A DNA stretch of 64,000 bases, taken from the NCBI GenBank assembly GCA_963722075.1, contig CAVRJM010000001.1, forward strand, positions 544,001-608,000, written 5' to 3'. Origin of the DNA: Candidatus Babeliales bacterium (lineage in GTDB: Bacteria; Babelota; Babeliae; Babelales; JANWKD01). The position numbers and the translations under genes were made by a program. The notes under the pieces are model-generated. The model was not told where the DNA came from and made no database searches. It worked only from the letters and a program-made list of their open reading frames with translations. Within the stretch, counting starts at the first letter, position 1, and each line of letters opens with the position of its first letter. Below, piece by piece: positions 30,006 to 39,596 of this stretch.

Positions 30006-30425
30006 CTAATTTCTTTTTGGTTGAGACTTATTTTTTTGCAATAAAGTATGTATATATGCTATCGTGGGAACATTTTCAGGATAAAAATGCACTTTCTTAT
30101 CTCCAACTGAAAAATATTGTAAACGTCCCAGCTTTTCAATATGTTGTTGAGTTTCTAAAAATATGCTGCAAGCTTCTTTATACGTTGAATATTCTTCTAG
30201 TTCTTTACCTTTCAATTCAGAAGAAAAAATAGGTCCATCAAAAAATTTAACATCATTTGATTTATGAGAGCATAAGTTTCTCATTCCTGAAAAATAATTT
30301 TGAATAAGCTTAAATTGTTGATTAATTCTTCCAAGATTTCTGACCCGTCGATACATAGAATTACTTAATGATGGCCACAAAACAAGAATTAAACCCATAT
30401 AAAAAATGCTTTTTATTTTTGACAT
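30006..30425 (-). CDS. Exported hypothetical protein with presequence-like segment
   Basis: AGGAG RBS; signal peptide ending SLSNS then MYRRVRNLGR...MRNLCS. Confidence 0.75.
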   Translation of the reverse strand: MSKIKSIFYMGLILVLWPSLSNSMYRRVRNLGRINQQFKLIQNYFSGMRNLCSHKSNDVKFFDGPIFSSELKGKELEEYSTYKEACSIFLETQQHIEKLGRLQYFSVGDKKVHFYPENVPTIAYIHTLLQKNKSQPKRN

Positions 30426-30461
30426 GTACTATTCTCCTAAATTATAAAAAATTTCAGTCGT

Positions 30462-32132
30462 TCAACCTAAATCTTCTGTTACCACTAAAACTTCTTTACC
30501 TTTAAAGGCAACACCATACGCTTTTATGAGTTTAATACCTTCAGCTTGCAATTCATGTACATATTTTTTAGTAGTAATTTGCTCTAACGCACGTTTTGCA
30601 GCCATCTCTAATGTCTCTTGTGCTGCAGCTTTTTTAAACTCCATGATTATACCACGATTATTTTTATCATGTGGAATAAGCATAATATCATATCTACCAA
30701 GGCCACTTTCACGATTAGATTTCACGTGATACGTATCAGAAAGCATCACTAATAATCCTAATACAAATAAATGATAACTTTTTTCCGGCTCATTACTTGG
30801 TAAATCGTAAACACTTATACTATTAAGAACAAACTCTTGTAATAAAGAACTAAATGTTTCAACGTCGCCTGTGATTAACGTCTTCATAAAAGTAGTGATT
30901 TTGGCTGTTTTCAATAAATGCTGAACTATATCACGAATGAAATTTTTGTATAATAATTTAACTTCTTTATTAGGTATAGTGAGATTGCACATAGTAACAC
31001 CTTCGATTAATGTGCAAGAGGTATAAGTAACATACCCAGTAAATAATAGAAGACTCCATAAAGCACAATCATTTTTTTCTATACCTGGAAAAATAATTGC
31101 CTCATCAACGGCTTTAGTAACTGATTTATCAGATAATAATAGTTCAAAATCTGATTTTACTTCTATATCAGATAACGTAAGCAATTTTTTTATTATGTGA
31201 TTATCACTGGTGTTAACCCAATATGGCTGCAGAGCGCCCCGCTCAGAAATACACATAAGCAGCGACCACGGATTATAAATAGTGGTAGATCCAAATGTAT
31301 ACCCATTATACCATTGTTGTGCTTCAGGTAATTGTGATGAAAGATTATAATCACCAAAAAGTTGTATTACTTCTTGCTGTGTAAAACCAAATTTGTCTTG
31401 AAAGGTGTTATTAAGCAATGAATATACTTTTAGATTATTAAGCCCTGAAAAAATACCTTCTTTGGCAGTACGTAAAATGCCAGTTAATATTCCTTTTTTT
31501 AGATATTTATTATCTTTCATTGCCGATGTTAAAAGGGAGCGTAAAAAGTTTATGGATTTGTCATAATAACCAAAACTATAACCTGCATGAACCGGCGCAT
31601 CATATTCATCAATTAAGATGATTACTGATTCATTATAAGCCTCATATAATAGTTTACTTAAAAAATACAAACTATTATGAAACATTCCTTGCTGAGCCGT
31701 TTTGGTTATAATATTGTTATATTCGGAAAGATCATTGGCTGATATTGTTTTTTCAAGAATGGGAAGATGATACTTAAATTCATCAGCAATAATTTGTATT
31801 AAACGACTATAAGCAATATCCCAACTTTCTTCCTTAACATCTTTAAACGTCAGAAAAATTACTGGATATTTTCCTTGAAGCTTTCGATATTTTTCATCTT
31901 GCCAAATAGCAGTATCGGTAAAAAGAATACTATTGTCGGTATCAGTTTTCTCAAAAAAGTATTTAAGCATTGAAAGGTTAAGTGTTTTTCCAAATCTACG
32001 AGGTCGAGGAAGTAATTGAACTTCTCCTGCGCTTTCTAAAATCTCTTTTATCAAAAGAGTTTTATCAACATAATAATAATCACCACTTATTAGTTTTTTA
32101 AAATCACTAATACCGATAGGCAAATTCTTCAT
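30462..32132 (-). CDS. AAA-ATPase-like + PD-(D/E)XK nuclease protein
   Basis: LPIGISDF, YYVDKT, RPRRFGKTLNLSML, LIDEYD, YNPWS, SNRESG.GRYDI, IMEFK. Confidence 0.93.
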   Translation of the reverse strand: MKNLPIGISDFKKLISGDYYYVDKTLLIKEILESAGEVQLLPRPRRFGKTLNLSMLKYFFEKTDTDNSILFTDTAIWQDEKYRKLQGKYPVIFLTFKDVKEESWDIAYSRLIQIIADEFKYHLPILEKTISANDLSEYNNIITKTAQQGMFHNSLYFLSKLLYEAYNESVIILIDEYDAPVHAGYSFGYYDKSINFLRSLLTSAMKDNKYLKKGILTGILRTAKEGIFSGLNNLKVYSLLNNTFQDKFGFTQQEVIQLFGDYNLSSQLPEAQQWYNGYTFGSTTIYNPWSLLMCISERGALQPYWVNTSDNHIIKKLLTLSDIEVKSDFELLLSDKSVTKAVDEAIIFPGIEKNDCALWSLLLFTGYVTYTSCTLIEGVTMCNLTIPNKEVKLLYKNFIRDIVQHLLKTAKITTFMKTLITGDVETFSSLLQEFVLNSISVYDLPSNEPEKSYHLFVLGLLVMLSDTYHVKSNRESGLGRYDIMLIPHDKNNRGIIMEFKKAAAQETLEMAAKRALEQITTKKYVHELQAEGIKLIKAYGVAFKGKEVLVVTEDLG

Positions 32133-32296
32133 AACGTTTTGTTTCTTTTTTGAGTTTTACTAGCCTCTAATTAGTATACCATATTTAATAAATTTATTCT
32201 TAAGCAAATCACTGAAAAAATTCCTAAAAAATATATAATTAAAGCTAAAGGTAAGATTTTTTCTGACCTTTAGCTCATGATACTGGTTTTATTTTT

Positions 32297-33208
32297 TTAT
32301 AAATTAATACCGAGCATCTGCAGATCTTTTTCAGTTTGTTCTACCGACTTAAAATGAATCCCAATAAAACCCTTTTTTACTGCCACTTTTACATTTTCAA
32401 GATTATCATCAATGAAAATAAACCATCTACCATCTAAATCTTTTTCATAAAGAGTTTTTCTGAGTCCCTTAAAGTATTTTCCAGAAGGTTTTTTGGCATA
32501 AAGAAATTGACCCGGGCGCGGATTTTGGCGTGCGTTGTTTGGATGATCACACGTATATATAACAACATAATGATCTTCATTAGGAACTGTTTGTGCATCC
32601 ATTAAACGCTTATAGGTGTTATATCCTTGATTAGTTCCAATCGCTATCGGGTAACCTTGTCTATGTACCTTTAGCAATAAATCTATAGATCCTTGTCGTG
32701 CATCGCCATAACTACAATCGTGTTTCAATCGTTCGGCAAATGAGATTCTTGATTTTGTATTTTTTTGTAAAATAGGATTTTTTTCTACAAGTTTATCAAC
32801 AGCCGGATCGAGGTCGAAAGCGCATACTTCTTTATCAAATGCAGCGGTAAATTCATTAACCGCTCTTATATGTTCTACCGGGAAGTTAATTTTATCGGAA
32901 TCAATATTAAAAATGTTGTGTAATTCAGCTACCAGTTCAATTGGATCATGTGAGTCAAAAATATAACAAAGAATGGTGAGAGGAATATCCCATCTTCTAT
33001 CTAATAAAACCTGATCAGCATCAAAAATTAAAACTGGCTTTTTATCAGATTTATTAAAATCGAATTCCAAAGGCACATAAATGGTAGGATCACCCGGACA
33101 TTTATAGCCACTGGTGTGTATTTCATCTTGTTGCATTGAATTTAATTGGTTCACTAAACAAACAAAAGATACCAGTAAGATAAGGGGTCTAAGAATTCTA
33201 TTTGCCAT
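32297..33208 (-). CDS. HAD-superfamily hydrolase with signal peptide
   Basis: LIFDADQVL, GTN, KKP, FIDDNLENV..A...G..GIHF; signal peptide ending LNS then Met. Confidence 0.85.
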   Translation of the reverse strand: MANRILRPLILLVSFVCLVNQLNSMQQDEIHTSGYKCPGDPTIYVPLEFDFNKSDKKPVLIFDADQVLLDRRWDIPLTILCYIFDSHDPIELVAELHNIFNIDSDKINFPVEHIRAVNEFTAAFDKEVCAFDLDPAVDKLVEKNPILQKNTKSRISFAERLKHDCSYGDARQGSIDLLLKVHRQGYPIAIGTNQGYNTYKRLMDAQTVPNEDHYVVIYTCDHPNNARQNPRPGQFLYAKKPSGKYFKGLRKTLYEKDLDGRWFIFIDDNLENVKVAVKKGFIGIHFKSVEQTEKDLQMLGINL

Positions 33209-33509
33209 CGAATATACTTCCTTTTTTATGAATTAAATGAATAATTTTTATCACAAATTCCTATTTTTGCGTAAATTAAGGGCTGTTAAAAAACCTTTCA
33301 GCTTTTCTTGATAATAATTTTACCATACATAAGAGCAATTTTATTTCCATCCTCAGTATATTGAAAACCATCTGAAACAAAAAAATCAATATTGGCTCCT
33401 AAAATTGAATCCTGAACAACCTAATGATGAATCTCATATCATTACATTTATTGCTTATTGGTGAATTTTACGGGTAGAATTACCTCATAACTAATCATGG
33501 AGCTTCCTG

Positions 33510-34142
33510 ATGAACATACATATGTGCCGTTACTTGTTACTTATCACCATATGGGCTATTGGTATCTCAGTCTGCACAGAATTATCTGGTATAAGCATTG
33601 CAACCAATGGGCCATATGAATCGCTCATAACTATTCATGAAGCATCATCTAACGATTTAGAATCAATTCTTGCCCTTGATGCTTCAATATCATATGAATA
33701 TTTTAAGCCATTATTTTTGCTCTATCCGGAATATGAGGGCAAAGAGCATGAGGTTGAAAAATTGCTTGCCGCTGAGCTAGAAACTGATGCTACATGGTTT
33801 GCAGATTGTATTGCAATGAAAGATGATCAACGCTTATTCATGGCACGTCATGATAACTGTGTTGGCTTTGTAGCTTGTCATAAACAGGATGGTACTATCG
33901 TAGTTATTGATCTATTGATGATTGATGCCGCATACCGCGCTAAAGGAATTGGCAAACAGCTGATCAAAACATGCATCAATGCATTTCCTGAAGCATCTAC
34001 TTGTATGTTAGTAGTGCTTGATAAAAACTTACAAGCGTGTGCTGCTTACGAAAAAATTGGTTTTGTTTTAATTACCGAAAAGCCTGCATTTATGCAAGAA
34101 AAATATCCTAATCCACGATATCTTTGCTATAGATTGCCATGA
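33510..34142 (+). CDS. GNAT acetyltransferase with N-terminal hydrophobic leader
   Basis: YRAKGIGKQL, N..A.AAYEKIGF. Confidence 0.88.
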   Translation: MNIHMCRYLLLITIWAIGISVCTELSGISIATNGPYESLITIHEASSNDLESILALDASISYEYFKPLFLLYPEYEGKEHEVEKLLAAELETDATWFADCIAMKDDQRLFMARHDNCVGFVACHKQDGTIVVIDLLMIDAAYRAKGIGKQLIKTCINAFPEASTCMLVVLDKNLQACAAYEKIGFVLITEKPAFMQEKYPNPRYLCYRLP

Positions 34143-34144
34143 AT

Positions 34145-34945
34145 TCAGTTGTTATGATTTTGAATACGGTCACATAAATCCACTACCAACCTTTTTTCAA
34201 TCTCATGATCTGGCAGCTGCTTCATAAGCTCTAAACATTCTTTTTGAAAATTAAGATCTTGAGAATGCTGCACTAAAAGCCACGCATTTTGGCACGCTTC
34301 TTTTCCAAACTTTGATACAGTAGGCCAACCATAACAAATAACAATTTCTTTAAGTCTGTTTGTAGTATGAGCATCAAGCTCAGGAATTCCATTACCTGGC
34401 CACCACCAGGAGCAATTTGTTTCATTGACACCATCTAATATTCTTTTGCGAAGCTCTTGATCTGCTTCTGCCATTTGCTTAAGCATCATTTTCACTTCAT
34501 CTTCAGTAAATGGCTGGTTGTGGTGGGTTCGTATACGGTCATATAAATATACTATCCACCTTTTTTCAATCTCATTACTTGGCAGATGCTTCATAAGCGC
34601 TAAACATTCTTTTTGAAAATTAAGATCTTGAGAATGCTGCACTAAAAGCCACGCATTCATGCATGCTTCTTGGCCAAATTTCGATAAAGTAGGCCAACCA
34701 TGAAGTGTAACAATTTCTTTAAGTTTGTTTGTATTATCAGTATCAAGCTTAGGAAGCCCATATTCATGCAGCACCTCGTCAAGGGAACGTTTTGTTTCAT
34801 GAACATCATCCAATATTCTTTTACGGAGCTCTTGATCTGCTTCTGCCATTTGTTTAAGCATTACTTTCACTTCATTTTCAGTAAATGGTTTGCTGCTTTG
34901 AATTACTAGAAAAAAAGCAATCGATAGTAAAAAAATCTTTTTCAT
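34145..34945 (-). CDS. Exported protein with two tandem DUF6624-like units
   Basis: Twice: M...DQ.LR, N...LKEIV...GWP..SKFG..A...AWLLVQHS.DL.FQ. Confidence 0.85.
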   Translation of the reverse strand: MKKIFLLSIAFFLVIQSSKPFTENEVKVMLKQMAEADQELRKRILDDVHETKRSLDEVLHEYGLPKLDTDNTNKLKEIVTLHGWPTLSKFGQEACMNAWLLVQHSQDLNFQKECLALMKHLPSNEIEKRWIVYLYDRIRTHHNQPFTEDEVKMMLKQMAEADQELRKRILDGVNETNCSWWWPGNGIPELDAHTTNRLKEIVICYGWPTVSKFGKEACQNAWLLVQHSQDLNFQKECLELMKQLPDHEIEKRLVVDLCDRIQNHNN

Positions 34946-34960
34946 ACATTTCCCTTATAT

Positions 34961-35698
34961 TCAAATAAACACCGGAATAAAAACATATAGTAAAAAATCA
35001 GAGGTAAGGTGCGCAAGCATGGCTGTTTCAAAGCCTTTTTTCCAAAATAATAATCCAAACAAAATTCCACTGATACCATTTAAGATCACTATTCTCAAAA
35101 TAAGAAGAGGTGTTGCAGGTGTAATTTCATGAACAAATGTTGCAATATGACCAAGCCCAAAAAGTAACGCGGTAAATAAAATACTCACCCACATAACCGT
35201 AGATAAATTGAGAGTCTTAAAGAATTTTTTTAGCAGTATGACAATTCCTGATAGCAGAAAAAGCCGCATATAAACTTCTTCATTAAATGCTGCGGGTATT
35301 AAGCCAAGTAAACCATACAATGGATTCATATGAGTTGCAAGGTAATATAGATTTAAATGAGCGGCAGGCAGCAATCTATCTGCTATAAGCATTAAAACAG
35401 TACATATTATTCCTACAATTATTCCAGGCTTCAATAGATCTTGTTTTAAATTTGCATTCTTATCCAATAATAACAGGTGAATACCTATTTTTTGTGAAAA
35501 TTTCAGACCAAGAAATGTTAATATTCCATAAACGAGACCTTCTAGAGCAGCAACACATAATAATAAAAAAGTTGTTTGTTCAAGAGGCTTCCCATTAATT
35601 AAAATTGATACAGTTTGGCTAAAAGGTATTATTGCAAATGAACCTATGAAGCAGCCTGTCCATATTAGAAAAAAATATCTTTTTAAAGTTAAAAACAT
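34961..35698 (-). CDS. CPBP (CAAX/Abi) intramembrane metalloprotease
   Basis: EEVYMR, LFGLGH, AMLAH...D; multiple TMs. Confidence 0.9.
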   Translation of the reverse strand: MFLTLKRYFFLIWTGCFIGSFAIIPFSQTVSILINGKPLEQTTFLLLCVAALEGLVYGILTFLGLKFSQKIGIHLLLLDKNANLKQDLLKPGIIVGIICTVLMLIADRLLPAAHLNLYYLATHMNPLYGLLGLIPAAFNEEVYMRLFLLSGIVILLKKFFKTLNLSTVMWVSILFTALLFGLGHIATFVHEITPATPLLILRIVILNGISGILFGLLFWKKGFETAMLAHLTSDFLLYVFIPVFI

Positions 35699-35710
35699 AA
35701 AGCCTTCTTT

Positions 35711-37150
35711 TTACAAAATTATTTTTTGTATCACTTCTTCAAGAACACTGTCATTATATATATCATCTATATGGTACAGGGGGATATATACTTCATTTGG
35801 CTTCCTAATCCTATTACGGAACACTTTAATTGGAAAATGTAGCGTTACCAATGAACTTGATAATTTTACATCACGACATTCCATGTAATTAGTATCAGCA
35901 TTTGTTGCAAGACCAATGTGTATTACTGAATCAAGAGTAAATAGTTCATCAAGAAAATTTAAACATGCACTTGCACAATAATTATCAGTAATAGCGATTA
36001 TGCGCGCATGAAGGGGCTTTCTTATATGGTGCAATTCTTCAGTTCCTTTTGAACTATTCATTGCTTTATAAAATAGATTTCCCATTAACTGACTTTTTTG
36101 CATTCCAGAAATAGTATCCGAAAAAACAGATACTATTTCACTTTGCCCAAATTGTTTTTCCAATTTTATGAGTAATTTTTTCAAATAATCTATATTTCCC
36201 TGACTTGCACGCCATTCAACATATTTTTTATCATGAAGCTTTTTTAAAGTAGTGTTATAATATTCTTCACCATACAAATTTTTAAGCATCATTGAACCAT
36301 AATATGAATTGCCGCCGCCATTTCCACGCACATCAAAAATAACAAGATCATAACTTGCATAATGAGATATTGAGCTTATGAGATTATTAAGACAATCCTC
36401 CTCTTTTGGTGTTTGCGGATAAAAAGAAGGAATGCTAATCCATACTTGATTAATTCCAAGCTCTTTTATAGATGCTTTTTGTTGAGGATTTTTAGGAAGC
36501 TTTGAAAAATAATCAGCGATACTAATTTTTTGCCATGCTGGACCGGCTTCTTGTGATCCACTATTGGTTTTAAAGATATATTTTTTTGGCCTAGCAACAA
36601 AAACAGTGCCTTCCCACAGCGATAAATAAGGAGCCATTACAAATATTGAGGCTTCAATATTCCGAGCATCAATAAAAGACAACACATTTTTTTTCAACCA
36701 AGCAATTGGGGATTCATCATCGCATGAGATTAACTCAGCTCCTAATGGAATATCTTTTTTATCGCTATGAACTACTATGAATTTTCCTTTTTGATAACCA
36801 ATACAAAAACCTGGCCATTCTGCCGGCAATAAAGATTTATCAAACTGTATTCTAAGATGACCATCCTTAAATCCATTAACAAACAATCTCAAACCATAAA
36901 TATAATCTGCAAAAGACGATATGCCATCAAGTTTATTCAAGGCTTGTTGATAACCATCATTAAGCCATTCTTTAAACTTTGGATTTTGATCATCATAAAA
37001 TCCAGGATGATTTTCTTGTAAGGTATCATAGATGATCTTTAGATCTTTCTGGAAGATACTTTTCCAAGAACTACTTTTTTGTGCACGTATAGCTAATAGA
37101 CAAAAACTTAATATAATTGATGAGATAAGTATTTTCTTTAAATATTTCAT
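35711..37150 (-). CDS. S41 family peptidase, exported
   Basis: ENHPG, DGHL, IFDVRGNGGGNS, CASACL.F. Confidence 0.88.
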   Translation of the reverse strand: MKYLKKILISSIILSFCLLAIRAQKSSSWKSIFQKDLKIIYDTLQENHPGFYDDQNPKFKEWLNDGYQQALNKLDGISSFADYIYGLRLFVNGFKDGHLRIQFDKSLLPAEWPGFCIGYQKGKFIVVHSDKKDIPLGAELISCDDESPIAWLKKNVLSFIDARNIEASIFVMAPYLSLWEGTVFVARPKKYIFKTNSGSQEAGPAWQKISIADYFSKLPKNPQQKASIKELGINQVWISIPSFYPQTPKEEDCLNNLISSISHYASYDLVIFDVRGNGGGNSYYGSMMLKNLYGEEYYNTTLKKLHDKKYVEWRASQGNIDYLKKLLIKLEKQFGQSEIVSVFSDTISGMQKSQLMGNLFYKAMNSSKGTEELHHIRKPLHARIIAITDNYCASACLNFLDELFTLDSVIHIGLATNADTNYMECRDVKLSSSLVTLHFPIKVFRNRIRKPNEVYIPLYHIDDIYNDSVLEEVIQKIIL

Positions 37151-37246
37151 AAAATCCTCCATAAGTATCATTATACCAATTTTGCAAAAAAATACAATCT
37201 GAAAATCTCTTAATTTTCTATCAATCTGATTCCTCTATTGGATTGA

Positions 37247-37918
37247 TTAATGTCCGTTTAGGCTTAATTTAAATCCACACCATTTATGTTCGGGCAATTC
37301 AGGATGGACATCCTTCATCAAAGCATCTTGAAAATTAAGCTTATGATAAAAGCTGATAGCCGACTCATTAATCTTGCGCGCACAGACCATAACCACTGCA
37401 GGCTGATTTTGCGCAATTATTTTAATCATATCTAGAACAAGTGCTTTTCCAAGCCCCTGTTTTCTATATGCACGATCTATAGCAAGCTGCCGAATATAGA
37501 TTGTTCTATTCTCAGAAGTTTCAGTATTATCATAAGAAACAAATCCTATAATCTTATTGCTCTCAACATCTCTTGCAACAACAAATAGTGCCTCTTTTTT
37601 CTTATTTATAAAATCATTTTCTTCACTCTCAAAAGCCACTTCTATGAGCGGTCTCAGTTCAGATTTATTTTCAAGATACAATTGCTCAGGAGAATATTCT
37701 TCATAAACTTCAAGAAAAGTTTTTATAAAGAGTTCCTTTGCACGCATCAAAATATCTCTATCCTCTAAATCTTCCGGTTCAAGCTTGATAACATCAACCA
37801 TGCTATTATTTTTAAGAGTAACGGTAAGTAATTTCTGCTTTGCGCCAAGAGCAGGCCAGAATAATGTTTCTGTAGTAAATAAGAACAACAACAACAATAA
37901 TAATGAAATATTTTTCAT
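37247..37918 (-). CDS. GNAT acetyltransferase with signal peptide
   Basis: YIRQLAID..YRKQGLGKAL, N.SAISFYHKLNF. Confidence 0.88.
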   Translation of the reverse strand: MKNISLLLLLLFLFTTETLFWPALGAKQKLLTVTLKNNSMVDVIKLEPEDLEDRDILMRAKELFIKTFLEVYEEYSPEQLYLENKSELRPLIEVAFESEENDFINKKKEALFVVARDVESNKIIGFVSYDNTETSENRTIYIRQLAIDRAYRKQGLGKALVLDMIKIIAQNQPAVVMVCARKINESAISFYHKLNFQDALMKDVHPELPEHKWCGFKLSLNGH

Positions 37919-38036
37919 AAAAACCCTCAATGTATAAATACAAATTTTTATTCAATCGTTGGCATTCCGCTCGCACAATTGCTATATCTTTAACCTAAAT
38001 AGTACTTTTGTCTACGAAGTAAAAAGGTTTTAACCT

Positions 38037-38915
38037 ATGAAAAACTTTAAAACAAATCTCTGCGCCCTATCAATCATTCTTTTAAGTTATTTAGGACAAG
38101 CATTAATTGCTATTGAAAAAGATGCTCATAATAAATCATCTAATGATTTAGAATTACAATGTCATAAATCTAAAAAACTGTTCCTGATTCCCGAAGTATA
38201 TAAACAACTTATTGCAAAACTACCTAATCAACCTATCTTGCAAGGTTTTTTAGAAGATAAGCATCTGTATGAAATCTTATTGATCGAAGATAGTTCTTCA
38301 CCTTATATTGTGATTAAATCTAAAGCAGCACATATTTACTTAGCGGGAATTCCCACTGAAGACCAATTACAAGTAATTTTAAAAAAAATATCAAATTATA
38401 AAACCATATTGTTAATCTGCGAAGAACACATTCAATCTTTCTTTCTCAAAAACGGCTTTACTCTTCAACCTCGCATTGAACTGGAATGGTTTCCTTGTGA
38501 CAAAAATAATGAGAATCCGTATCCCAATGGCTATGCAATTAAGCCTATTAAGGACTTAAATCTCTTTAGCCAATGTAACTGGTTTGAATTTATATCTTCT
38601 CTTTATGGCAATGCAGATCAGTTTTTAAAGTATGGATTTGGATATGCTTTAGTTGATGAAGACAATAAACCTATTGCTGAAGCATATGCTGCTTGTGTTG
38701 GACACGATTTATGTGAAATAGGAATTGTTACACATCCAGATCATAGAGGAAAAGGCTACTCAACAAATGTAGTATATTGCCTTATTGATGAATGCATACG
38801 ACGCAACTTAACACCTATATGGAGTTGTAATTGGGATAATATCGCATCATTAAAAGTTGCATTTAAAACAGGTTTCAAAATTAAACGATATTATTCTAGA
38901 TTAATAAAAAGTTAG
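38037..38915 (+). CDS. GNAT acetyltransferase with signal peptide
   Basis: FL.YGFGY, EIGIVTHPDHRGKGYS, P.WSC...N.AS..VA.K.GF. Confidence 0.88.
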   Translation: MKNFKTNLCALSIILLSYLGQALIAIEKDAHNKSSNDLELQCHKSKKLFLIPEVYKQLIAKLPNQPILQGFLEDKHLYEILLIEDSSSPYIVIKSKAAHIYLAGIPTEDQLQVILKKISNYKTILLICEEHIQSFFLKNGFTLQPRIELEWFPCDKNNENPYPNGYAIKPIKDLNLFSQCNWFEFISSLYGNADQFLKYGFGYALVDEDNKPIAEAYAACVGHDLCEIGIVTHPDHRGKGYSTNVVYCLIDECIRRNLTPIWSCNWDNIASLKVAFKTGFKIKRYYSRLIKS

Positions 38916-39451
38916 ACAATAAAAACTTCTAATGATTGTTTCAGTTGTTTAATAAAATCCAATACCTGATTTAAATTATCAGTTGTATCTAAATGTTCTT
39001 GAGCCCACTGCATAATAGGCTTCACTGATCTAATCCCTGTACCAAATTTTTCTTCCATCCACTCATAGCGCGGAAATACCCATAGATGAAAATGCTTTGA
39101 ATCTTCTTCCTGAATCAAATAAACGGTATCAATATTCAAAATTTCCCGCATATGACGTCTGATTTTATAAACAAAATCTATAAAATCATGTCTTTCTTCC
39201 TGCGTAAAGTCATCGATACTTTGTACATGCCTTTTTGATGAAATAACCATAAATCCCGGAATCAATAAATAACAATCTTGCCGTACCTCAAAATACTGCG
39301 TAGAAGCGATTAATTCTCCAAAGCCTTTAAATTCACCTGATTGCAAAGCGCAACCGACACAATAATTTGGTTTAATTAGTTTTACCTCTGAACAGCTAAC
39401 GTGCCCAAAAATAACACTCAATAAACTCAAAATCATAACCAATATTTTCAT
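38912..39451 (-). CDS. HIT family hydrolase with signal peptide
   Basis: CxxC, IPGF.VI.SKRH, HFHLWVFPR. Confidence 0.85.
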   Translation of the reverse strand: MKILVMILSLLSVIFGHVSCSEVKLIKPNYCVGCALQSGEFKGFGELIASTQYFEVRQDCYLLIPGFMVISSKRHVQSIDDFTQEERHDFIDFVYKIRRHMREILNIDTVYLIQEEDSKHFHLWVFPRYEWMEEKFGTGIRSVKPIMQWAQEHLDTTDNLNQVLDFIKQLKQSLEVFIV

Positions 39452-39596
39452 CTTTTAACTTTCTAAATAATAAGCGGCGATGTAGCATCTGGCATCTGCT
39501 TATTATTTTAGATCATTTCAATTGACTACACCATTGATAATTTTGCAATCACAATAATTTTTTCTTGCAAAAAATTTTACGGGAGCATCTCGTTAT

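Noticed and set aside
33290..33425. Minus-strand open stretch VVQDSILGANIDFFVSDGFQYTEDGNKIALMYGKIIIKKS
   Set aside because: Possibly a gene relic, but no start and no recognisable family
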